DNA of 32,000 nt from Halomicronema hongdechloris C2206 (GCF_002075285.3 NZ_CP021983.2:3450001-3482000); one strand, 5' to 3'. Counted from the stretch's first letter, positions 7,444 to 16,393 are shown. Program-made: numbers and translations. Notes: a model not told the origin generated them from the sequence alone.

Positions 7444-8748
7444 CTACAGAAATCCGTAGTGAGTATCAAATGTCGCAACATTAAACACACCTCCCATGAC
7501 AAATTTTTCGATCACCATGTGGGATTCCACGTCCCGATTAAGACTGCCCACGGCTAAGCTGTCTAAGACATTGGCATCCTCAACCGCTCGATGGTCCCCC
7601 ATTAGCGTCAGCGCTTCGCGGGGATTATGGTTCTCCAAGAAATTGAGTGAAAAATAGACATTGCCCCGGACGCCTGCCGCCTTAGTTTGATTGACCACCG
7701 TTTGAATTTGGTCAGGATGTAGCCCTTCAAACACAAACAGGTTGCCGCTATAGCCGTAGCGTTGTTTGAGATCTTGAACAAACTGCTGGAGGAAGTAGGG
7801 AACATACACATCAAAAGACAGCCGTTGGCGCTCGATTAACACCAACTCCCCGGTAAAATCTGGCAAGTCAAAGCTGTCGGTATCAAAAGCGCTGATGCCA
7901 AATAATCCACTTTGGGCCCGAAACTTCCACTCGCTACTGCCCGTCGAAACCTCCGGCAAGGCGGCAGGACGGCTGCCATCCAGATTCGTGAAAAAGGTTG
8001 AAACATTGGTCTGCACCGATGGTGTTTGCTCTAGCAGCGCATTCAATTGACCATTTTCCCCATTGGCTAGCACCAAGGTTTGCCCCGTCTGTACCACCAA
8101 ATCATCGGTGGCGCGAATCCCTGCCGGGGGTCCGTTGCCGACTTGGATCTGCTCCAGGGTCAGGCGACGTCCACTGCCTTTGGTAAATTTCCAACGGATC
8201 TCGGGTTGGGCGTTTTCTGTGGTCGAAATATCAACCCGCAGGATCAGTTCGCTGGCCCCCTCGACGGTTTGTACAATCTCGTCAGGTCGGGGAATAAACC
8301 GAACCACATTGGGGGAAAATTCTCGAACGCTCACCAGACGTTTGAGCTCTTCCCGCAGCCCTTCAAATTCAGGCGGCAGCGTCAGCTGATCGAGGTCGAG
8401 GGGAAGGCCCAAGGCAGAACGCACTGCCCGTTTGACGGCTGCGACGGTGCCCCCGCCGGTAAACAAGGCCACAATTGATTTCAGCCGCAGTCGAAAGGCT
8501 GCGTCGGTTTCTAAAGTGCCATTCCGCAAGCGCCGACGAGTTACCCCGTAGATTGCCCCTAAGCCATCGAGGGCAGCCCCGTCAGCATAATCGATCCAGT
8601 GAGACTTGAGTAACCGCTTGAGGGCTTCGTCCGCCGCCATAAATTCGGCCCCGATCGCATCCAGCAGTTTATACAGCAGGGATTCTGTGTCCCTGGCGGC
8701 ATAGGCATCGGGGAACAGGTCAACCAGTTTGTCGGTTTTGTACGACAT
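7444..8748 (-). CDS. Baseplate wedge protein, P2 gpI / Mu gp48 / Afp12-like
   Basis: The N-terminal region LFPDAYAARDTESLLYKLLDAIGAEFMAADEALKRLLKSHWIDYADGAALDGLGAIYGVTRRRLRNGTLETDAAFRLRLKSIVALFTGGGTVAAVKRAV matches the conserved gpI-type pattern (LP......s.l..ll.....l........l......d.a....L..la...G......e.d..fR..i......GT...l). The gene is immediately downstream of the baseplate J gene, as in P2 and Mu. Confidence 0.7.
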   Translation of the reverse strand: MSYKTDKLVDLFPDAYAARDTESLLYKLLDAIGAEFMAADEALKRLLKSHWIDYADGAALDGLGAIYGVTRRRLRNGTLETDAAFRLRLKSIVALFTGGGTVAAVKRAVRSALGLPLDLDQLTLPPEFEGLREELKRLVSVREFSPNVVRFIPRPDEIVQTVEGASELILRVDISTTENAQPEIRWKFTKGSGRRLTLEQIQVGNGPPAGIRATDDLVVQTGQTLVLANGENGQLNALLEQTPSVQTNVSTFFTNLDGSRPAALPEVSTGSSEWKFRAQSGLFGISAFDTDSFDLPDFTGELVLIERQRLSFDVYVPYFLQQFVQDLKQRYGYSGNLFVFEGLHPDQIQTVVNQTKAAGVRGNVYFSLNFLENHNPREALTLMGDHRAVEDANVLDSLAVGSLNRDVESHMVIEKFVMGGVFNVATFDTHYGFL

Positions 8749-8757
8749 ACGCGGCGG

Positions 8758-10671
8758 TTATGAAAGACTCAGGGTATGGCGAGCAGGTTGCAAGCCGGGA
8801 TAGGCAGCGGCCTGAATGGTGAGATCGAGCAAGGCGTAATCATCCCAGCGACTGTCACTGGGCAGAGTCAGCGGCGCGGTGGAGGCCTCCGCAAAGGTTA
8901 ACAGCGGCGTTGACGTCGAGAGTCGTTCAGGCGGTTGATCTGCGGCGAGACGGCCCATCACCGTGATGCTGAGGTTGAGGGAAAACTGGCGGAAGCGAAC
9001 GGTGGCATCGTTGCGATCGCTCAGTTCAAGCGTCAGCTCGAGATTGCCGCTGCCGCTGGCCCGTTCTGCGATGGCAACTTGGATTGCCTTGAGGAACTGG
9101 ACTTGCAGATTGTCTAGGTCGGGTCGGATCAGCTCCGTAGACTGGGCCAAGAAGGGATCTTGAACCGTCGGGTCCTCGCTGTCAGGGCGATCGTGATTGA
9201 GCTGGGCTTCGGCCACATCAGCTAACCCAGGGATGCCATAGGCCAAGGCGTTGAGGCGACGCAGGGAGAGAGATTGGCCGATCGTCAGCGCTTGCATGGC
9301 CGTCAGCACCGCAGACCGGAAGCTGCTGCCAGCGCTGTCTGGGGCGTTGGGTTCGGGAATGAGATAGAATGTCCCCGAAATCAGAATTTGAGTAATGGAC
9401 TCGATCTGAGCCAGGATGCCAGCGGCACGGGTTTGATTCACCGTTTGGCGAATGGTCTCAGAGTCGCCACCGGAGTAGCGCACCCGCACTTCCCCCAAGG
9501 GAATGGAATCGTCCACGCTGTGGTCCATGACTTCCACCCCTTCGACCCCGTCCACATCCAACACGGCATATTTAATCGCGTTGAGGGTGGCGTTACCCGA
9601 TCGTTCTAACTCATGCTTGGCCCGTTCCCGCAATGAGTCATCTGCCTCTGGGTCTTGGCCGCCGCTGATGGCTGCTTCGTTGGTCACCCCATCGACCCCG
9701 GTGGGCGGCGTCGGCATGATGGCGATCGCCCCGCTGTTGACATTGCCATCCGGCCCCGGTTCAACCGCCTCAACCTCCACCATGACGCTCTTGGGACGGT
9801 AGCGAATGCGCAAGGTGCCCACAGGCCGAACGCCGGGGGCCAGGGTAATCGTCTTTTCGTCTTCGCCAAAGGGCAAATCCGGGGCAGTGGCCTCAGTGGT
9901 TAAGGTGGGGTCAGTCTCGGGGTTGGCATCTTGGGGCCAGATGCCAACTAGCTCAGAAATCTGGTGGTTTACCCGTACAATGCCGTTGGTTTGGGCCTTA
10001 AACTCATCGGTTTCCAGCGGAATAACCGCCTCGGCCAAGGTGATGAACGTCCGACCACTTTCATCGGCGACTCGGGTACCCGCGGGAATCGTCACCGTTT
10101 GATTTGCCGCCTGTTGACGGAAAAAGGTCACTTCCCCCTTGGCCTGCAGTGCCAGATTTCGGGTCACTCCCAGCAACGCCACCACATTATCTAAGGCGGC
10201 ACCCGTGGCTTCGTCAATAAAGGCCCGACGATAGGCTTGATCCATCTGCTCGTAAAGCAGCTTTAACTCCCGGGCGAAGGCCCGCACCAACGTCCCCAAA
10301 ACACTACCAGGGTTGAAGTCCGTCAACCCGGCGGGTTGCTCCCGGTAGGTATATTCCACCTCAAAGCGGGTGCCCGCTTCGGGATGGCGAGGGGTATCGC
10401 CATCGACCGGGTCTTGCAGCCAGACCAGTTGGGTATTCGCTGCGTCGAAGCGGTAGTCTTGGCCCAGGGCAAACGTGACAATATTGCCCTCTAGTCGGCC
10501 ACTGACTTTGAGCAAGGCATAGGTGTTGGCGGGTAGAGGATAGGTATTAACATCGCTTTGGAAAATAATTTGTTGTCGATCGGGCTGCTCGACCCCCTCG
10601 CGAATCTGGGTTTCCAGCGCGGTAATTAACTCTTCGTAGGCGCGGGAGAAGGGATGTCCAAGATCAATCAT
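8758..10671 (-). CDS. Baseplate J-like protein (P2 gpJ / T4 gp6 / Mu gp47 family)
   Basis: This is a 637-aa protein. The segment AFIDEATGAALDNVVALLGVTRNLALQAKGEVTFFR is the hallmark Baseplate_J core (a.g..Ld.la...gv.R..a..A.g.v.F). Its start overlaps the gp25-like stop (ATGA at 10668..10671). Confidence 0.85.
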   Translation of the reverse strand: MIDLGHPFSRAYEELITALETQIREGVEQPDRQQIIFQSDVNTYPLPANTYALLKVSGRLEGNIVTFALGQDYRFDAANTQLVWLQDPVDGDTPRHPEAGTRFEVEYTYREQPAGLTDFNPGSVLGTLVRAFARELKLLYEQMDQAYRRAFIDEATGAALDNVVALLGVTRNLALQAKGEVTFFRQQAANQTVTIPAGTRVADESGRTFITLAEAVIPLETDEFKAQTNGIVRVNHQISELVGIWPQDANPETDPTLTTEATAPDLPFGEDEKTITLAPGVRPVGTLRIRYRPKSVMVEVEAVEPGPDGNVNSGAIAIMPTPPTGVDGVTNEAAISGGQDPEADDSLRERAKHELERSGNATLNAIKYAVLDVDGVEGVEVMDHSVDDSIPLGEVRVRYSGGDSETIRQTVNQTRAAGILAQIESITQILISGTFYLIPEPNAPDSAGSSFRSAVLTAMQALTIGQSLSLRRLNALAYGIPGLADVAEAQLNHDRPDSEDPTVQDPFLAQSTELIRPDLDNLQVQFLKAIQVAIAERASGSGNLELTLELSDRNDATVRFRQFSLNLSITVMGRLAADQPPERLSTSTPLLTFAEASTAPLTLPSDSRWDDYALLDLTIQAAAYPGLQPARHTLSLS

Positions 10672-11096
10672 GACGCCTCCAGATCGATATCGTGAACCAA
10701 ATTGAGGGGATGGGGTTGTTCAATCAGCTGAATCTCCATCTGCAACCGCACCACCTGCCGTTCACCGGGGAGCACCGTGGCCGCGATCGCCTCAATTTCC
10801 AAAACCCTCGGGTCTGCTTCGATCGCCGCTCTGGCATAGGCCATCAGTCGGGCGTGGGTGCGGGGGCTATTGGCTTCTCCGATCAGCTCATGCAGCCGTG
10901 AGCCATAGTTAGGCCAACCCAGGGGGGCAAGTTCTCCCTGACGAATCCGCAACCGCAAAATCAGGGCCTGTACAATGTTGTCATTGCCCACGGCCAGGTC
11001 TAAATCGTGTCGGAGACTAGGCACAAAATCTAGCCCGGGGGCGCGATCGCTCAACCGCAAATCACTGCCAAATAATCTTTCGCGCGGCACTGTCAT
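10668..11096 (-). CDS. Baseplate wedge protein, gp25 / GPW family
   Basis: FGSDLRLS...DLDLAVGNDNIVQALILRLRIRQGELAPLGWPNYGSRLHELIGEANSPRTHARLMAYARAAIEADPRVLEI matches the GPW_gp25 pattern (G.D......Dl....G.dni.Qai..Rl.t..GE....p.yGs.l..l.g..n.......v...v..al..dpRv). It is 142 aa and sits upstream of baseplate J. Confidence 0.9.
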   Translation of the reverse strand: MTVPRERLFGSDLRLSDRAPGLDFVPSLRHDLDLAVGNDNIVQALILRLRIRQGELAPLGWPNYGSRLHELIGEANSPRTHARLMAYARAAIEADPRVLEIEAIAATVLPGERQVVRLQMEIQLIEQPHPLNLVHDIDLEAS

Positions 11097-11103
11097 GGTG
11101 GCC

Positions 11104-11868
11104 CTACCTCCCTACTGTGATCGAAAGGGTGACGTCATGTCCAAAGCTGGCGACTTCCATGTCTTCTACCCGCAGCGTCAGCGTATAGGGGCCGTCCTGG
11201 GTGAGCGGCAAAGGCCCTTCGTAGCGAACCACGGGCAGCGAATTTTTGATGTCAAACGCCAAGTCCTGGAATTTGGGCTCAAACGGAATGACCACTGCAT
11301 TGCCCGAGCGATCGCGGATTTCAAACCGCCAGCGGTAACGCAACCGATTCAGTTGGTGATAGTCCGGATTGAGTTCAAACTCGTCGGTAGAACCGGACTT
11401 GAGCCTGCCCCAGTGCAACGGTGCCTCGGCTTCCAAGCGCCCCTGGGTCCGACTCAAGCTGCCGCCGGACTGGGGCGTAATCGAGTTGGCTTTGAGCACA
11501 TGCACCACACATTTACCTGCCCCCGCCGCGCCGCCAGTCACGCCGCCGTGTTGAGTGGCGTTTTGGGCCGCTTGATCTTCTCCGGCTTGGTCACTCACTC
11601 CCAAGGTAATCACGTGAGTCCCCGGCCCCGGTGTAAACCCATCCGTGGTGGGATTGTACGTCTGGGTGGGATCGCTGAGGGCGGTGGGGTTGATGGAATA
11701 GCGATCTTCCGCCGCTGGAAACAAACTAGAAAACCAACGGTAGTAGAGAGGAACGCCAGCAAGTTCTGTCGGCAGTTCAGTGATGCTGCCCCGAAACGTA
11801 ATCGGTGCATTGCCACTAAAGCGATCGCCATCTTTGGGAGTTTCAATTGCCAGTTGAACCGAGGCCAT
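11104..11868 (-). CDS. Protein with two PKD/Ig-like domains (254 aa). Its role in the baseplate or spike is unknown.
   Basis: There are two beta-sandwich-like halves, each ending in a PKD-type signature (GPGTHVITLGVSDQAGE and DGPYTLTLRVEDMEVAS). The gene is inserted between the spike/PAAR-like genes and gp25, where Mu and P2 have no gene. Confidence 0.55.
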   Translation of the reverse strand: MASVQLAIETPKDGDRFSGNAPITFRGSITELPTELAGVPLYYRWFSSLFPAAEDRYSINPTALSDPTQTYNPTTDGFTPGPGTHVITLGVSDQAGEDQAAQNATQHGGVTGGAAGAGKCVVHVLKANSITPQSGGSLSRTQGRLEAEAPLHWGRLKSGSTDEFELNPDYHQLNRLRYRWRFEIRDRSGNAVVIPFEPKFQDLAFDIKNSLPVVRYEGPLPLTQDGPYTLTLRVEDMEVASFGHDVTLSITVGR

Positions 11869-11901
11869 AAATTCTCACCCATGAACCTTAACTGCCGCCA
11901 A

Positions 11902-12345
11902 TTACTGTTGCCGATGCTGGGTAAATGAAACAGGGGCGCCGGTTGGCAAAATCACCCCCAAATCGCCCACCACATTAATGGGAATACTGTTGATTTTTAC
12001 CCCCGGATTATTGAGACTTTGCTGCACCATTCCGGGCCAAGAGGCTTTACCTGGATCGCCTTGGGCACACATCCCTTGGGTGATGATTTTTTTGTCGTTA
12101 ATCGTCACTGTGGCGTTAAAAGATTTGAAAATCCAAACATCTAATCCCGGTTCTGACGGGGCTGCCGGGGGCGGCGGGATGGGGACGGGGGATGGCGCTA
12201 AGCCGTGGGACTGTCCGGCTTGTCCTCGCGAGACTTCTACCAAAGCTTCCACGCCGTTGACTTTGAGCAATCCCCCACTGCTGGCAACCAACTTGAGATT
12301 GCCTTTGAGATTTAACAGGTTGGAAAGGTGTAAATCTGCCATCAT
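11902..12345 (-). CDS. Divergent PAAR-like spike-tip protein (147 aa). This call is tentative.
   Basis: The gene lies directly downstream of the gpV spike gene with an ATGA overlap at 12342..12345. The C-terminal 80 aa contain PAAR-like repeats (TINDKKIITQGMCAQGD ; KINSIPINVVGDLGVILPTGAPV). An N-terminal beta-rich 40 aa is joined by a proline linker (APSPVPIPPPPAAPSEP). No canonical P-A-A-R tetrapeptide is present. Confidence 0.4.
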   Translation of the reverse strand: MMADLHLSNLLNLKGNLKLVASSGGLLKVNGVEALVEVSRGQAGQSHGLAPSPVPIPPPPAAPSEPGLDVWIFKSFNATVTINDKKIITQGMCAQGDPGKASWPGMVQQSLNNPGVKINSIPINVVGDLGVILPTGAPVSFTQHRQQ

Positions 12346-12998
12346 CCCCCCGTAATTTCATTGCCGCTAATGGTAGTGCTGTTGGCCCCATTGGAAACCA
12401 CCAAATCGCCATTGATCGTGAACGTGTCGCAAGTGACGTCAATCGGTTTGCCATCTGCCATAATTTGAATGTCCGTGTCATTGGTAATCACGATAGCAAT
12501 TTCACCCGATTTGATTTCCAAATCGCCGCTGACCCCATCAATTTTGAGGCTGGTTTTAGCTTCGCTATTGTCTTCGGGTTTGGTCACGTCTCGCTGCAGA
12601 TAAATTGTGCCATCTGAAGTGAATCGCAATTGATTAAGTGTGCCATCGGGGACCCGCTGTTCGAATAAAAGGTCATCTTCTTGATGCAGCGGTGGACGTT
12701 CGTCGGCATGGTAAAACCGTCCGGTAATCACGGGTTGGTTGAGGTCACCGTTAATAAATTGCACCAGCACCAAATCTCCCACTCGGGGCGGCGTAGCTAC
12801 GCCCACGTGGTTGACGGCCAGGGGGACTTTACGCAGTTCCAGGGCTTCATGTTTGAGCTGGACATTGGCTTCGTAATTAAAGTCATCGTCTGCGGCGGTG
12901 TGGGGAAAGACGGTCGTCACCACCCCCAACACACTGCCTCGCTGCTGGGCCAGTTCTTGGCGAACCACACTGCGAATAATCTCCAGTAAACGACTCAT
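12342..12998 (-). CDS. Baseplate central spike, phage baseplate assembly protein V (P2 gpV / Mu gp45) family
   Basis: GSVLGVVTTVFPHTAADDDFNYEANVQLKHEALELRKVPLAVNHVGVATPPRVGDLVLVQFINGDLNQPVITGRFY is the classic gpV OB-fold signature (G.V.......y.v.V........l..vp......G....P.vGd.Vlv.F..Gd...P.v.G..y). The C-terminal segment is beta-helix-like. Confidence 0.88.
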   Translation of the reverse strand: MSRLLEIIRSVVRQELAQQRGSVLGVVTTVFPHTAADDDFNYEANVQLKHEALELRKVPLAVNHVGVATPPRVGDLVLVQFINGDLNQPVITGRFYHADERPPLHQEDDLLFEQRVPDGTLNQLRFTSDGTIYLQRDVTKPEDNSEAKTSLKIDGVSGDLEIKSGEIAIVITNDTDIQIMADGKPIDVTCDTFTINGDLVVSNGANSTTISGNEITGG

Positions 12999-14041
12999 GG
13001 GGCCACCTCCACGGCAATCCGCAGGTCGGTGACAAAGCCCAAAGTTTTACTTACACGATGGCGCAAAGCTCGCACATAGCCCCCTTGGTTCAGCAAGTCA
13101 TCGGCATTGCCACGGATGGTGAGGGTGTCCCCCAATTCCACTTGGGGTCGCCCCAGCACAGTGAAGCTAATTTCATGCAGCCGTCGGGTGGCGATCGCCC
13201 ATCGTCCTGCCGCGATCCGATTGGCTAGATCCTGGGTACGGGCCACCGGATCCAGCAACAGCAACGACGATGCTCCCGTTCCAGCTTCCCCCCGATGGTC
13301 GGTTGTGTTGGTCGTCAACCAGTGAGCTGTGGTGTCTCCCTGGCGAGACATGGGACTTTCCCCACCGATGGCGATCGCGCCCCAGGTGGGGGGTGTCGCT
13401 GGGCCCGGGCAGCCAGCAAATGCTGACCAAAACTGGTAGGTTTCTGCGCCGCCGCCAGTTAAAGCTGTGACGGCACCCCCAATCCCCCCCAGGCCACTGT
13501 CGAGATTGGCCACTGCCCCCAGGGCATGGAACTGCACCTGCCCCTGGCGATCGCCATAGAGTTCGTAGCCCAGGCGATCGGCTAGATTTCGCAAATGGGC
13601 AAAGCCACTCAACCGTTGATCCACGGTATAGCGCGGCAAGACCGGGCCTTGATCCACCGTACCTGCCGTCAATCCGGCCTGATCGATCAAATCCTGGGCA
13701 ATGCTGCCTGCACTCTGGTCTTCAAACTGGGCGGCGGTTCGCAGCGTGAGCAGTTGGTTCAGTTTGCCGATCGCCCGCAGTTCCACCCCTGCCAAGCTGG
13801 GCCGCAGGGTGATTACCGTTCCCGTGAAGACCGTCTCTTCTTCGCCGTCATGCCCCAGGTTCACCACTACCGCCTCCCCCAGGTTGATGTCCACGCGATC
13901 GCTCAACTGCAACCGCAATCCATCGGTGGGAATATCCATATCCCGTTCCACGGTGAGGGCTGTGGGACCGCCAATCGGCGTCGCTGTCGTGGACGTGACG
14001 CTACCAAGGGTGATCGAAAAGCTGGGGGCAAGCATGGGCAT
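12995..14041 (-). CDS. Baseplate hub protein, phage late control D (P2 gpD / Mu gp44) family
   Basis: FSITLGS...LTVERDMDIPTDGLRLQLSDRVDINLGEAVVVNLGHDGEEETVFTGTVITLRP ... QSAGSIAQDLIDQAGLTAGTVD fits the gpD pattern. It is 348 aa. Its stop/start overlaps the spike gene at 12995..12998. Confidence 0.75.
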   Translation of the reverse strand: MPMLAPSFSITLGSVTSTTATPIGGPTALTVERDMDIPTDGLRLQLSDRVDINLGEAVVVNLGHDGEEETVFTGTVITLRPSLAGVELRAIGKLNQLLTLRTAAQFEDQSAGSIAQDLIDQAGLTAGTVDQGPVLPRYTVDQRLSGFAHLRNLADRLGYELYGDRQGQVQFHALGAVANLDSGLGGIGGAVTALTGGGAETYQFWSAFAGCPGPATPPTWGAIAIGGESPMSRQGDTTAHWLTTNTTDHRGEAGTGASSLLLLDPVARTQDLANRIAAGRWAIATRRLHEISFTVLGRPQVELGDTLTIRGNADDLLNQGGYVRALRHRVSKTLGFVTDLRIAVEVAP

Positions 14042-14047
14042 CGTGGG

Positions 14048-14641
14048 TTAGAACAAGTCACTCAGATTTTGCAAGGCAGATTTTCCCGATTCAGCTACCT
14101 CCACGTAGTCATCCAGCAAGTGACTCAGGGGTTCCGTCGGGTCCCCAAAGTCTGGCAAGTTCAACAGCGTCGTCAGCTCAGACACCTGGGCTAAGGTATC
14201 TTGCACGCCGTCCATAAAGTCTGTGGCTTCCCCCACCAGCCCTGTGTCCAGGGCATCCAAGGGAGAGGCGGTGGCGGGCTCCGGCGGTTCGATATACTCC
14301 ACCACTTCACAGCTAAAGTCGAACTGGTTCGGCGTTTGGACCCGTTGGGCGATCGCCAACTGGCGAATCAACACCTGGGTGAAATATCCCTCTCCGATCG
14401 CTTCAGTAAAAAAATCCACGGGTTGCTGGGCCAAATAAGCCTCTCGCAACTGTTGCAAATCGGCACTGGCCCTATCGCCGTAAAAGATCCCTTGCAACCT
14501 CACCACGACCGAAGGCCGTCCCAGGGTTTGGGCCAGATCTCCTGCCATTCCCGGGACCCTGTGGTGCACAATGCGGGCCTGTTCTCGCACCGAGACCTGG
14601 GTGAGTGACGTCAGCGTGATGCTGCCAATTTCCACTGCCAT
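14048..14641 (-). CDS. Baseplate-hub-associated protein resembling the N-terminal domain of Mu gp43 (DNA circulation protein)
   Basis: ARIVHHRVPGMAGDLAQTLGRPSVVVRLQGIFYGDRASADLQQLREA follows the DNA_circ_N motif (rr.v.HeyPg.dg....dlGr....i.l.G.f.Gd......l..L..a). Its position between the tape-measure-like gene and the gpD-like hub is the same as in Mu. Confidence 0.5.
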   Translation of the reverse strand: MAVEIGSITLTSLTQVSVREQARIVHHRVPGMAGDLAQTLGRPSVVVRLQGIFYGDRASADLQQLREAYLAQQPVDFFTEAIGEGYFTQVLIRQLAIAQRVQTPNQFDFSCEVVEYIEPPEPATASPLDALDTGLVGEATDFMDGVQDTLAQVSELTTLLNLPDFGDPTEPLSHLLDDYVEVAESGKSALQNLSDLF

Positions 14642-14643
14642 AG

Positions 14644-15843
14644 CTACTCTCCTGAGACGCCATAGGTGCGGCTAAATTCAAACGCCAGGTGATCTTCTAA
14701 ATGCGCCAGGATGTGATCCAGGTCGGTGGCGTCAAGACTAGGGCAATTGGGGGACTCACCGGCGATGGTATCCGCCGGGTCTGGCGTCCTGGGAGCCTCA
14801 CTCGGGTTAACGGTGACAGTATCCGGGGCTGGCGTTGGGGATTGTTCGGGGTTGTCGTCAAGGGCATTCATGGCTGAAGGACTCGACGGAACATTGTCAG
14901 CCGAGGTAGGCGTTGCTGGGGTGGCTGGGGTGCCGTTTGATGCACCGGGATTGAGGTGGGTTTTGAGGATGGCGCCCATGCGGGCAGGGCTTTGGATGAG
15001 GTGGAGGGTGGGGGGGATGGGGAGATGAGGGGGAGATGGGATCGCGGTTTCCTGTGGGATGGGGAGATGGGGAGATGGGGAGATGGGGAGATGAGTGGGG
15101 TGAGATTGTTTCGTGGCTGCTGGGGCAGAGGTTTGAGGGGGGGTGAACTGGTGGAGATCGGTGGGATTATCCGGGGATTTTGGGGGATTGGGTTGGAGGT
15201 TTAGGGTAGCGATCGCTCGATTGATTTTCATCAGTTCTGCGGTGTAGGCAGCGTTAGTCTGGTTTGCCTGAGCTGGAGGAGGATTAGAGGACAGCTCAGG
15301 GGGTACAAATTCGGCAGGGACTGGGAATGCGGGCGATCGCGTTGGCCTACGAAGTTCCAGGGATTCCGTCGATCTGGTTTGGGATAGTCCGGTTTGGGAA
15401 AGGGGCTGAGAACTCGCTATTTGGAACGTTCTGAAGCCAGAATTCTGGGTTTCAGAGGATGCTGAAACGGGATCGGGGAGATTAGCGAAATAGCCGGGTA
15501 AGGGGGAAGGGGCGATCGCTTGTTCAGTTCTTCTTCCGCCAGTTGTCTCAGTCATCTTGCGTTTAGGACGCCGATCGAGACGATCGACTAGCGACCAGTT
15601 CGGATCGAGTCCCCACGCTGAAGTCTGATCAGCCGCTGCTGGGAAGTCACCCGTCTGACCGGCTCGCTGTCCTACCTTGGCCACGGTTACCAACTGTTCC
15701 GAGAGCTGGTCGATGGGATCGCTCAGCAAGGTTTGCACGGTCTCGGGTAACCCGTTTTGGCGAGGCGGGGTTAGTAATTGCTGGGTTAAGTGCAACCAGC
15801 GATCGGCGATGGTCAACAGGGCTTGGGTGGCGCGAATAGTCAT
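14644..15843 (-). CDS. Tape-measure-position protein, mostly proline-rich and low-complexity (399 aa)
   Basis: The gene sits between the chaperone-like gene (ATGA overlap at 15840..15843) and the hub genes, which is the phage tape-measure slot. Only the N-terminal ~60 aa and the C-terminal ~40 aa (LDATDLDHILAHLEDHLAFEFSRTYGVSGE) look structured. The middle is P/S/T/Q-rich and includes PHLPISPSPHLPIPQETAIPSPPHLPIPPTLHL. Confidence 0.55.
   Translation of the reverse strand: MTIRATQALLTIADRWLHLTQQLLTPPRQNGLPETVQTLLSDPIDQLSEQLVTVAKVGQRAGQTGDFPAAADQTSAWGLDPNWSLVDRLDRRPKRKMTETTGGRRTEQAIAPSPLPGYFANLPDPVSASSETQNSGFRTFQIASSQPLSQTGLSQTRSTESLELRRPTRSPAFPVPAEFVPPELSSNPPPAQANQTNAAYTAELMKINRAIATLNLQPNPPKSPDNPTDLHQFTPPQTSAPAATKQSHPTHLPISPSPHLPIPQETAIPSPPHLPIPPTLHLIQSPARMGAILKTHLNPGASNGTPATPATPTSADNVPSSPSAMNALDDNPEQSPTPAPDTVTVNPSEAPRTPDPADTIAGESPNCPSLDATDLDHILAHLEDHLAFEFSRTYGVSGE
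15061..15092. repeat. Perfect 8-bp tandem repeat (GGGGAGAT x4) inside the tape-measure-like CDS
   Basis: Read directly as ggggagat ggggagat ggggagat ggggagat, with degenerate copies flanking it across about 15010..15100. It encodes the HLPISPSPHLPIP segment. The unit length is not a multiple of 3. Confidence 0.9.
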
Positions 15844-16379
15844 GGGGTAGAGGTCTCCTGCCGATTTTCCAGGGCCAAGAGGCGTTCAATGCCGGCCAGA
15901 TAGACGGCCACTTGACCGGGGGTGAGTTGGCTAACCTGTTGCGGCGTCCAGCCGAAGTGCTGGGCCAGTCGTAGGTGAGTTTCGCCCAGGGGAGACTGGA
16001 GGGTTTCATCCAGGGCTTCCCCATCTGCCCCCAACCCTGACACAAGGTTGACCTGACGCACCAGGTAATGGACCAACCCCACATGCATTTTGCGAATCTG
16101 CTCCAGACTTAGGGCCGGATCAACCACGGCTTCTTTGATCATCAAAACTGGCACCAGACTGGCGTCGTCTCGGGCAGCCCGCGAGATCAACGTCATTGTC
16201 ATTAGGGTTAGGGGCTGAATTCGCACAATTCCCGGGGACCCGTTAGCTGCCGGATTTGCATTGGGGGTCAGAATGGCCGGGGGAATTTCCACCGTATGAA
16301 TCACCTGGCTACCGACTAGCAAATCTTGGGCCGATAGACACTGGGCCATGTCTCGATCGCGAAGGGCATCCATAGTCAT
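15840..16379 (-). CDS. Putative tail assembly chaperone (179 aa)
   Basis: It lies between the tube gene and the tape-measure-position gene, which is the chaperone slot in Mu, P2 and PBSX. The segment VRIQPLTLMTMTLISRAARDDASLVPVLMIKEAVVDPALSLEQIRKMHVGLVHYLVRQVNLVSGLG resembles XkdN-type chaperones (..Lt..e...i.........li...v.dP.ls.eqi..l..g.v..L...i..lSG). Confidence 0.5.
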   Translation of the reverse strand: MTMDALRDRDMAQCLSAQDLLVGSQVIHTVEIPPAILTPNANPAANGSPGIVRIQPLTLMTMTLISRAARDDASLVPVLMIKEAVVDPALSLEQIRKMHVGLVHYLVRQVNLVSGLGADGEALDETLQSPLGETHLRLAQHFGWTPQQVSQLTPGQVAVYLAGIERLLALENRQETSTP

Positions 16380-16393
16380 GCGTTAGGTTTCCT

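Noticed and set aside
10975-11928. A 317-aa plus-strand ORF, the longest plus-strand ORF in the tail region
   Set aside because: It is entirely antisense to the gp25-like and PKD-like genes, which have clear family signatures or operon context. Its sequence is R/G/P-rich and low in complexity, as is typical of the stop-free antisense frame of GC-rich genes.
13595-14194. A 199-aa plus-strand ORF
   Set aside because: It is antisense to the gpD-like hub and gp43-like genes. It has no recognisable motifs and junk-like R/Q/G composition.
15647-16084. A 145-aa overlapping ORF that could be the -1 frameshift extension of the tail assembly chaperone (a G/GT-type product)
   Set aside because: The translation is W/R/P-rich junk. 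I found no canonical XXXYYYZ slippery heptamer near the chaperone 3' end. The overlap geometry does not extend the chaperone past its stop in a sensible way.
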